A DNA stretch of 33,930 nucleotides from Candidatus Omnitrophota bacterium (lineage in GTDB: Bacteria; Omnitrophota; Gorgyraeia; JAGLLT01). Of this stretch, positions 1 to 7,770 are shown in pieces. A program made the position numbers and the translations under genes. The stretch is from contig JAGLLT010000026.1 of NCBI GenBank assembly GCA_023140385.1, positions 1 through 33,930 of the forward strand, given 5' to 3'. Under the pieces are notes generated by a model that worked only from the letters and a program-made list of their open reading frames with translations, had not been told where the DNA came from and made no database searches. The first letter of the stretch is position 1. The number at the start of each line of letters is the position of its first letter.

Positions 1-49
1 CGCAATATGAGTTACAATGCACCAATAGAGCTCATATCTCCCTAAAATC

Positions 50-78
50 TTGACAGAACATAAGCAATATGATATACT
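50..78 (+). promoter_or_regulatory. sigma70-type promoter for the fadL-like operon
   Basis: TTGACA (50-55), 17-bp spacer, TATACT (73-78), with extended -10 TG at 70-71. Confidence 0.85.
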
Positions 79-100
79 TATCGCCAAAAGGATAAGTGAA

Positions 101-157
101 ATGACGCATTTCGATAAAGACAGCTATTACGTAAAGTATCTGAAAATCTTCTCTTAA
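101..157 (+). CDS. putative 18-aa leader peptide MTHFDKDSYYVKYLKIFS (not in ORF track)
   Basis: ATG at 101 preceded by SD-like AAGGA (88-92); TAA at 155-157 directly abuts the terminator stem. Confidence 0.5.
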   Translation: MTHFDKDSYYVKYLKIFS

Positions 158-185
158 ACCTCCGCTTTAAAGCGGGGGTTTTTTT
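157..185 (+). terminator. intrinsic terminator in the 5' leader (attenuator-like)
   Basis: stem AACCTCCGCT / AGCGGGGGTT (one G-U pair), loop TTAA, followed by a T-run to 185; lies between the promoter and the first gene. Confidence 0.85.
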
Positions 186-240
186 ATGGAAGCAAAAAGA
201 CGTTAATTTAAACTTCGGGACTCATTAAAGGGGCAGGCAG

Positions 241-1563
241 ATGAAAAAAGTTCTTTTTTTAGTTATAGGGGTGATTATTTTGTTTTTGTGTAGTTCTGTT
301 TCAGTAGAAGCGGGCGCTTATAAGGCCGCTGGTATTGGAGCCAAGTCTCTTTCAAGAGGAGGAGGCATTGGGGCGGTAGATGACTACACGGCAATCTTTT
401 GGAATCCCGCCGGCTTAACTCAAGTCGAAGAGAGCCACTTTACCATAGAGCCGCATTATCTTCACCTGAAGCAGGTTGACGGCAACTCGGTGAAGAACTA
501 CGATATTGCTAATTACAGCAATATGCAGGGGGACAGCTTTCTACGGATATACAATACACCGGGTACGGCTGTAGAGCCGGCTCAATTTGATAAAACAAGT
601 GCCATATATAGCAGTATAAGCCCCACTACGAGCTTCGGAGGGTCTTTTGAAATCAAGGGTTTTGATTTTGGCTTAGGCATATATACTCCCGCGGCGCTTA
701 GCACCGACTGGGAATGCTCGACGCGGGATTTAGTTAATAATGCCCTCATAGAAGCCGATTTCTTTTCCGGAATAAAAATGACCGCCTACAACATTTCTGT
801 AGCTAAGGAGATAAATTCTTATTTATCAATAGGAGCCGGCGTAAATTACCTGACAGGTGAAATGGAGGTAGAGGCTGAAAAGAGATATAGCTCTCAAGCG
901 GCGCCCGCGCTGGATTACCGGTTTGACTATAAGGAAGAAGCGGAAGGCGATGGAGTTGAGGGGGTGTTTGGGGTATTATTCAAGCCCCTTTCTAATTTAA
1001 AGATCGGCGGTGTATATCGAAGCGGCGCGGAGATGACCTTAAAAGGAGACTCATATTATAAGCACACCGCTTTAGGGATAGATGAAAGTAGTGATTATAC
1101 CCAGGATTATGATTTTCCTAATAGCTATGGAATAGGTTTGGCTTATGAGCCGGTTTCGGAACTGACCTTGCTGCTTGAGTGGGAGCGGACAGGCTGGGAT
1201 AGAGTAAAGAGAGATATAAATTACGACCTTGTTGGTGGAGCCGCGCTGATAGATGTAGACATAGATTGGGAGTGGAAGGATTCTAATCAGGTGCGTTTGG
1301 GGGCGGAGTACCGGGTTTCTCCTGAATTATCCGCGCGGGGCAGTATAGCCTGGGATGAGTCTCCTTTATCGGATGAAACGGTGAGTATAACCAATGTAGT
1401 TGATATAGATAAAATATACCTGTATTTAGGGTTAGGCTATCAGAGAAATAACTTTCAGTTTAACGCGGGGTATGCCTACGGCTTTGGCGACGATACTATT
1501 GACGGGGTTGATTATGAAATAATACTACATAACGTGATGTTGGGGGGCAGCTATTTCTTTTAA
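241..1563 (+). CDS. FadL/OmpP1/TodX-family outer-membrane transporter for hydrophobic compounds
   Basis: signal peptide; N-terminal GAKSLSRGG...AIFWNPAGL (NPA hatch motif); amphipathic beta-strands; C-terminal Phe. Confidence 0.85.
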   Translation: MKKVLFLVIGVIILFLCSSVSVEAGAYKAAGIGAKSLSRGGGIGAVDDYTAIFWNPAGLTQVEESHFTIEPHYLHLKQVDGNSVKNYDIANYSNMQGDSFLRIYNTPGTAVEPAQFDKTSAIYSSISPTTSFGGSFEIKGFDFGLGIYTPAALSTDWECSTRDLVNNALIEADFFSGIKMTAYNISVAKEINSYLSIGAGVNYLTGEMEVEAEKRYSSQAAPALDYRFDYKEEAEGDGVEGVFGVLFKPLSNLKIGGVYRSGAEMTLKGDSYYKHTALGIDESSDYTQDYDFPNSYGIGLAYEPVSELTLLLEWERTGWDRVKRDINYDLVGGAALIDVDIDWEWKDSNQVRLGAEYRVSPELSARGSIAWDESPLSDETVSITNVVDIDKIYLYLGLGYQRNNFQFNAGYAYGFGDDTIDGVDYEIILHNVMLGGSYFF

Positions 1564-1580
1564 AAGCGGAGGTGACAGCA

Positions 1581-3143
1581 ATGGATGACGAAAGGAAATA
1601 TGGAAGCGGCAGCTTGGAGAAAAGAAGGTTTACGCGCATAGTTAAGACTGTTCCGGTTGAGTTTAAATCCTGTCAGGCAGTGTCAGGGGGAGCGACTGCC
1701 AGAGATGTGAGTGAGGGTGGTTTGTGTATAGAGGCAGAACAGATAGAGCAGGAATCATTGCGGGAGTTACTATCTAAAAAGGCAGAAGTAAGCATAAAGA
1801 TAGATTTGCCGTCTGAATTTGGCGCGGTTGAGGTTGCGGCTCAAATTGCCTGGATAAAAGATAAAGAGGCTTCTGAGGGTAAGTTGTGTTTTGGGGTGAG
1901 ATTTACCGGGATACCCGAAGAATATCAGGGCAAAATTAAATTATATATTGAGCGTCAATCAAAGATAACGAAGTTGGATTTTGTTCCTAGAAAAAAGGAT
2001 AAAAATTTTGATCCTGAATTTGTTGCCCATAGGCGCCAGTGGCTAAGCGAAAAGACAAATACCAGATTTTTTCACACCGGTTATTTTTCTACTCCCAGTG
2101 AGGACATGAAAGGGAATATAGAGAACTTAATTGGTGTGACACAGATTCCTATTGGTGTTGCAGGACCGTTAAAAATAAACGGTCAATATGCCAAAGGAAC
2201 CTTTTATATTCCCCTTGCTACCACCGAAGGTACGCTAGTAGAAACATATCAACGGGGAATGCTTGTAATTACTAAAGCAGGTGGCGCAAATGTGATTGTT
2301 ACTAAGGATGTAATTAATGTTTCACCGGTCTTTATTTTGGAAGATATCTCTAAAATTAAGGGTTTCATTCTTTGGGTTGAAGAAAATTTTGAAAAGATCA
2401 AAGAAAAAGCAGAAAAAACGACAAGATATGGCAAGTTATTAAAAATTACACCTTTGTTCCTAGGAAAAAGAGTTATACTGAACTTTTGCTATACTACGGG
2501 GGACGCCATGGGGCTAAATATGATTAATATAGCCACGGATCGAGCCTGTGAATATATTAGGGAAAATGTAAAAACAGAAGGATTTTATCTGCGTTCTAAT
2601 TTTTCTTCTGATAAGAAAGCCTCGGTTTATAATTTAATTACAGGTTATGGAAAAGAAGTTTTAGTAGAGGTGACGCTTTCTAAAAAAATAGTTAATAGGT
2701 ATTTAAATTCTACACCAGAAGAAATTTACAATTTTTGGTATGTAGGTTTTCTTGGAAGTTATCAGGCAGGAATGATTGGTCTGAATGCTCATTTTGCTAA
2801 TGGTTTGGCTGCTATTTTTATTGCTTGTGGTCAAGATGTAGCTCAGATAATAAATGCTAATGTTGGAATTGTTATGTGTGAGATTACAAAAAATGGCGAT
2901 TTATGTATAAGTGCAAAGTTTCCAAATCTTGTGATTGGTACAGTAGGAGGGGGCACTTCTTTAAAAACTCAACGTGAATGTTTAGAGTCTATAGGATGCT
3001 ATGGTTCAGATAAAGCAAAAAAATTTGCTGAGATTGTAGCGGCTTCCATTTTAGCTGGAGAGATTTCAATTTGTGCAGCTTTAGCAAGCGGGGTATTTAT
3101 TAAGGCGCACGAAACCAAAAGAAATATTGCCCACACAGAGTAG
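1581..3143 (+). CDS. PilZ domain fused to class I HMG-CoA reductase-like domain
   Basis: PilZ motifs RRFTR and DVSEGG; HMGR motifs ENLIG, PLATTEG, TGDAMGLNM, SDKK, GQDVA, GTVGGGT and C-terminal His (KAHE). ATG 1581 preferred over GTG 1572 because GGAGGT lies at 1568-1573. Confidence 0.85.
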   Translation: MDDERKYGSGSLEKRRFTRIVKTVPVEFKSCQAVSGGATARDVSEGGLCIEAEQIEQESLRELLSKKAEVSIKIDLPSEFGAVEVAAQIAWIKDKEASEGKLCFGVRFTGIPEEYQGKIKLYIERQSKITKLDFVPRKKDKNFDPEFVAHRRQWLSEKTNTRFFHTGYFSTPSEDMKGNIENLIGVTQIPIGVAGPLKINGQYAKGTFYIPLATTEGTLVETYQRGMLVITKAGGANVIVTKDVINVSPVFILEDISKIKGFILWVEENFEKIKEKAEKTTRYGKLLKITPLFLGKRVILNFCYTTGDAMGLNMINIATDRACEYIRENVKTEGFYLRSNFSSDKKASVYNLITGYGKEVLVEVTLSKKIVNRYLNSTPEEIYNFWYVGFLGSYQAGMIGLNAHFANGLAAIFIACGQDVAQIINANVGIVMCEITKNGDLCISAKFPNLVIGTVGGGTSLKTQRECLESIGCYGSDKAKKFAEIVAASILAGEISICAALASGVFIKAHETKRNIAHTE

Positions 3144-3166
3144 CAAGAATTAAAAAAAGAGGATAA

Positions 3167-5281
3167 ATGCTTACCTATTTTGTAGCATTATGTTTTATAA
3201 CAGCCTTTTTTAGTTTATTTGCCGGTTCTTTTGTCTATTTAAAAAATAGAAAAGGAGCCCTCAATAGTGCTTTTGCTCTTTTGTGCCTAAGTGCATTTAT
3301 TTGGAGTGGAGGCTTAGGATTTGAGGTAATTTCTTCAAGTCAAAAGATAGGATTTTTCTGGTCAAGATTTCTCCATATGGGAGTAATTTTCATTACTCCT
3401 ACCTATTTACATGTTGTTGTTATTTTAGTGGGGCTTTATGAAAAAAAGAAGAGAATACTCAGCGGGGCATATGTCATTGCCTTTATTCTTTTTTTCTGCA
3501 ACTTTACCAACCTACTTGTTGAGGGCGTAAGTCCTAAATTATACTTTAATTATTATACCGATCCTGGTATGTTATACCCTTTACTGCTTTTGCTCTTTTT
3601 TTCATGTATGGGTTATGGTTTTTATCTGTTGGCCGCGGGATGCAGGAGGTTTTCTGGATTTAGACGCAATCAAATTAAATATTTTTTAATCGCAACACTT
3701 ATGGGGTATGTTGGTGGTACTCCTACCTATCTCCCCGTATCTAATATTTTTATTCACCCTTTTTATATGTGTTTGCTGCCAGTCTACTACTGCGTTCTTG
3801 CGTACTCTATTGTTAAATACCGCTTAATGGATATTAATATTATGTTTACCAAGGGGATTGTTTACATACTTTTGTTATTGTTGTCATCAGCAACATACCT
3901 TGGCCTTGCGTTTAGTGTTGATAAAATATTCTCACAGTATTCGGGGTACAATTCAAGCATGTCACACCTTCTCATTTTTTTGTTATTGATAGCCGGAATT
4001 ATACACGTGACTCCGCAGTTAAAAATTAAAACGGAAAAGGCGGTAGAAAAGGTATTGTTTAAGAATAAATATTTGTATCGTATTGCCTTGCAAAAATTTG
4101 GCAATAGGATTACTTATGACCTTTCTCAGGAAAAGCTTTTAAGTAACACGGTTAGTTTTATATCCAAGGTTATGCAGATACCCTATGTTTCAATTATGGT
4201 GAAAAATGAAATTTATGGCCATTATACTTACGGAGCTTCGGTTGGTTTTGACGATGATGAAATCAAAGGCTTAGAGTTTGCTGAAGACAGCGAATTAGTT
4301 AACTGGCTGTCTGACAATAAAGCGGTTCTGATTAAAGATGAGATGGAGAAAATACTTCCTTTAGAAAAAACACACCTTCTTGGTGAAGATATGGATAGGG
4401 TGAAGGCTTGTTTATGCATACCCTTATATGCCTCGGTTGACGTTATCGGTTTTCTGTGTCTATCTGAACGCGCGGCCAATGAAATATACTCACACATAGA
4501 TATAGGCTTGCTTCAGAGTATAGCCGGTCAAATTTCTCTGGTTATCGCCTATAAGCGCTTAGAGGATCACATGCTTCAGACGGAGAAGTTGGCTTCTTTA
4601 GGCACTTTGGCGGCCGGCCTTGCCCATGAGATAAAAAATCCTCTTTCAAGTATTCAAATTTTTGCTCAACTCTTTCCGCAGAAATACAACGATGAGGAAT
4701 TCAGAAATAAATTTAACAGGGTTGTAGTCCGAGATGTGCTCAGGATATCCAAGTTGATAGATAACGTATTGTCCCTTACTAAATCTAAGCCGGCTGAAGT
4801 TGTTCCTCATGACATCAATGATATAGTTGATGATACCTTGTCGCTGCTAAATAGCGAACTCTTAAAGAACAAAGTCAAGGTTATTAAGTCTTATGGTAAA
4901 CTGCCTCTTGTAAACTGTAACAATGAAGAGCTGAAGCAGGTCTTCCTGAATATTATTATAAACGCTATGCATGCTATGCCCGATGGAGGCACATTAAAAA
5001 TTACTTCTACTTTGGGCCCCCTTGCCACTTCGCGAAGTATAGAAAAAAGGCGTATTTTCGCGAGAATAAAAATTGAGGATAGCGGCTGTGGAATAGAAGA
5101 GAAGGTATTAAATAAACTATTTGACCCGTTTTTTACTACCAGGGCAGAGGGGACCGGTTTGGGCCTGGCGCTGGCTCATCGTATTATCAAGCAGCATCGT
5201 GGTTTTATTGGAGTAGAGTCTAAATTGGGGGAGGGCACGGTATTTTGGATAGACCTTCCGGTTGTCCGAGGTGAAACTTAA
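3167..5281 (+). CDS. sensor histidine kinase with multi-TM (HisKA_7TM-like) N-terminus, GAF-like domain and HisKA/HATPase core
   Basis: hydrophobic N-terminal ~280 aa; GAF-like CIPL...IGFLCL segment; H-box LAHEIKNPL; N-box QVFLNIIINA; DSGCGI; FDPFFTT; GTGLGL. Confidence 0.92.
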   Translation: MLTYFVALCFITAFFSLFAGSFVYLKNRKGALNSAFALLCLSAFIWSGGLGFEVISSSQKIGFFWSRFLHMGVIFITPTYLHVVVILVGLYEKKKRILSGAYVIAFILFFCNFTNLLVEGVSPKLYFNYYTDPGMLYPLLLLLFFSCMGYGFYLLAAGCRRFSGFRRNQIKYFLIATLMGYVGGTPTYLPVSNIFIHPFYMCLLPVYYCVLAYSIVKYRLMDINIMFTKGIVYILLLLLSSATYLGLAFSVDKIFSQYSGYNSSMSHLLIFLLLIAGIIHVTPQLKIKTEKAVEKVLFKNKYLYRIALQKFGNRITYDLSQEKLLSNTVSFISKVMQIPYVSIMVKNEIYGHYTYGASVGFDDDEIKGLEFAEDSELVNWLSDNKAVLIKDEMEKILPLEKTHLLGEDMDRVKACLCIPLYASVDVIGFLCLSERAANEIYSHIDIGLLQSIAGQISLVIAYKRLEDHMLQTEKLASLGTLAAGLAHEIKNPLSSIQIFAQLFPQKYNDEEFRNKFNRVVVRDVLRISKLIDNVLSLTKSKPAEVVPHDINDIVDDTLSLLNSELLKNKVKVIKSYGKLPLVNCNNEELKQVFLNIIINAMHAMPDGGTLKITSTLGPLATSRSIEKRRIFARIKIEDSGCGIEEKVLNKLFDPFFTTRAEGTGLGLALAHRIIKQHRGFIGVESKLGEGTVFWIDLPVVRGET

Positions 5282-5297
5282 GGCGAGAGGGAATATT

Positions 5298-6275
5298 ATG
5301 AACGAACGCATATTGGTAGTTGATGATGAACTTGGAATCAGAGAGTCATTGCAAATGATGTTGAGTGATGAGTATGAAGTCTCTATGGCTGACAGCGGCG
5401 ATGAGTGTCTTAAGGTACTTAAAAAAGACCGCGCGTTTTCTCTATTAATACTGGATGTAAGAATGCCGGGCTTAAGCGGGATAGAGGTTTTAAAGAGGGT
5501 AAAAAAGATGAGCCCTTCTTTGTCGGTGATTATTTTGACGGCAGTAGATACGCATGAGGCGGTGGTTGAGGCTTTAAAGTTTGGGGCAGAGGACTTTATT
5601 GCCAAACCGGTTGATATATATCATATGCGGGAAGTCATAAAAAAAGCTTTATCCAAGCCCAAAGAGGATAAAGCGCGAGTAAAAAAAAAGCCGATTTCAG
5701 TAGATGAGGTTTTGAATGAAAACTTCATGGAAGCCATTCAGGTTTTAACTGAGATAATTGAGGCTAAAGACCCCTACCTTAAAAGACATTCTAAGTGGAC
5801 TACCGAGTATGCTATAGCCATTGCCAGCAAGTTAGGGCTTTCTGAGGAACAAATGGATGTAATAAGGCAAACCTGTTTGCTTCACGATATCGGCAAGGTA
5901 GGGATTAGTGATGTTATTCTGCAGAAAAAAACAAAGCTTGCCCCTGAGCAGTGGGAGGCGCTGAAGAAGCATCCTGTAATTGGCGAAAAAATACTCAAAA
6001 ATTTTAGGCTTTTGCGCATTGAACAAAAAATGGTTCGCCATCATCATGAGCGGTATGATGGAAGTGGCTATCCGGATGGTTTAAGGGCAGAAGAAATTCC
6101 TCTCTACGCCCGTATCTTATCAGTCGCGGATGCTTTTGAATCTATGACCGCCGGCCGTGTATACAAAAAACCCCTTTCCAGCAAAGATGCCATAGAAGAG
6201 ATTAAAGCGGGAAGCGGTACGCAATTTGACCCCAAAATAGTGAATGTTTTTGTTGCCTTAGTTACAAAGAAGTAG
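5298..6275 (+). CDS. response regulator with HD-GYP c-di-GMP phosphodiesterase domain (RpfG-like)
   Basis: REC: ILVVDDE, LDVRMPGLSG, KP; HD-GYP: LHDIGK and HHHERYDGSGYPDGL. Start moved to ATG 5298 (GAGGG at 5287-5291). Confidence 0.92.
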   Translation: MNERILVVDDELGIRESLQMMLSDEYEVSMADSGDECLKVLKKDRAFSLLILDVRMPGLSGIEVLKRVKKMSPSLSVIILTAVDTHEAVVEALKFGAEDFIAKPVDIYHMREVIKKALSKPKEDKARVKKKPISVDEVLNENFMEAIQVLTEIIEAKDPYLKRHSKWTTEYAIAIASKLGLSEEQMDVIRQTCLLHDIGKVGISDVILQKKTKLAPEQWEALKKHPVIGEKILKNFRLLRIEQKMVRHHHERYDGSGYPDGLRAEEIPLYARILSVADAFESMTAGRVYKKPLSSKDAIEEIKAGSGTQFDPKIVNVFVALVTKK

Positions 6276-6334
6276 TAAAATCTAATACTGTAAAGTCCGC
6301 GGAAAATACATACCTGAGAAAGAGCGCTTAATTT

Positions 6335-7060
6335 ATGATTATTGCTAAAAACATAACCAAATATTTCGGAGAGCTTCAGGCCTTAAAGAATGTCTCATTT
6401 GAAATTAATAAAGGGGAAATTATTGGTTTTTTGGGGCAGAATGGCGCCGGCAAGACTACGCTTATGCGCATTTTGACTTCCTATCTTCCCGCCGCGTCCG
6501 GCCAGGTTTTCATTGACGGGCAGGAGGTGTCTAAGAACTCTTTGACTGTTCGCAAAAAAATAGGATATTTACCTGAAACGCCGCCGCTTTATTCTGATAT
6601 GACGGTAAGAGATTACCTTAAATTTGCCGCGCGGCTAAAAGACGTCCCGGCTAAACGGCAGTGTATTCAGATAGATAAAGCTTTAGGGGAGTGTAACCTC
6701 AAAGATGTCCGGCATAAAATCATCGGCACTCTTTCTAAAGGATATAAGCAAAGGGTGGGCATTGCTCAGGCTATAATTAATAATCCCGAAATTTTAATAT
6801 TGGATGAACCGACAATAGGCCTGGATCCGACCCAAATTATACAAGTGCGCGCTCTTATCAAAAATTTGGAGTATGAAAGAACCGTTATATTAAGCACGCA
6901 TATCCTCTCAGAGATTCAACAGATTGCTCATAGAGTTTTAATTATTAAGGCCGGCGAAGTTATTGTCGATAAAACCTTAAAAGATCTCCTAAAGGAATTC
7001 AATGCGGACCTTGAGGGTATATTTTTAAAACTGCATTTGGCTAAGGAGAACCAGGGGTAA
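6335..7060 (+). CDS. ABC transporter ATP-binding protein (GldA-like)
   Basis: Walker A GQNGAGKTT, signature LSKGYKQR, Walker B ILILDEP, H-loop STH. Confidence 0.92.
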   Translation: MIIAKNITKYFGELQALKNVSFEINKGEIIGFLGQNGAGKTTLMRILTSYLPAASGQVFIDGQEVSKNSLTVRKKIGYLPETPPLYSDMTVRDYLKFAARLKDVPAKRQCIQIDKALGECNLKDVRHKIIGTLSKGYKQRVGIAQAIINNPEILILDEPTIGLDPTQIIQVRALIKNLEYERTVILSTHILSEIQQIAHRVLIIKAGEVIVDKTLKDLLKEFNADLEGIFLKLHLAKENQG

Positions 7061-7770
7061 TGAAGAAGATTTTTGCTATTGCCAAAAAAGAACTAAAAGC
7101 CTATTTCAAATCTCCTATCGCCTATATTGTTTTAATCGTTACTATTTGCGTTTTTAATATATTTTTTTTCCTGATTATTGACGGGGACAGGGAAGCTGAT
7201 TTACGCGATGTATTTAAAGTTATGGAATTTTTGTTTATCTTCATTGTGCCGCTTCTGACTATGAAAATATTCGCGGAAGAAAAACTTTCCGGGACTATGG
7301 AATTCCTTATGACCACTCCTACGACAAATACAGCAATCGTTGTTGGTAAATATTTAGGCAGTTTAATGTTTTTCACTATAATTATCTGGATAACATCAAG
7401 TTATTATTTTATTATCGAATTTTTCGGCCAGCCCGACCGCCTGACTATATTAGCCGGATATTTGGGTATTTGGCTGGAGGGCGCCTTATTTATTGCTATC
7501 GGCATATTAATCTCTTCCTGGACAAAGAATCAGATTGTTGCCGCCATTACTTCTTACGCGGTCTTGTTTTTATTGTATTTTTCGATAAGTTTCATTAAAT
7601 ATTTCAACAGCTGGGCGGAAGCCGTGGTCCGATATATTGCTGTCTGGAGTCACACCGGGAATCTTGCCGCGGGCATTATTACTACGGCGGATTTGGTGTA
7701 TTATATAAGCGGCATTTTTGTTTGTATTGTATTCACAAGACTTAGTATTGAGAATCGATTATGGCGTTAA
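7060..7770 (+). CDS. ABC-2 type permease (GldF-like)
   Basis: KKELKAYFKSPIAY and PLLTMKIFAEEK..GTMEFLMT motifs; about 6 TM segments; TAATG overlap with the ATPase gene. Confidence 0.88.
   Translation: MKKIFAIAKKELKAYFKSPIAYIVLIVTICVFNIFFFLIIDGDREADLRDVFKVMEFLFIFIVPLLTMKIFAEEKLSGTMEFLMTTPTTNTAIVVGKYLGSLMFFTIIIWITSSYYFIIEFFGQPDRLTILAGYLGIWLEGALFIAIGILISSWTKNQIVAAITSYAVLFLLYFSISFIKYFNSWAEAVVRYIAVWSHTGNLAAGIITTADLVYYISGIFVCIVFTRLSIENRLWR

Noticed and set aside
1..45. Possible 3' end of an upstream CDS (RNMSYNAPIELISP*) and an ATATGAG/CTCATAT inverted repeat
   Set aside because: Too short and truncated to support a call.
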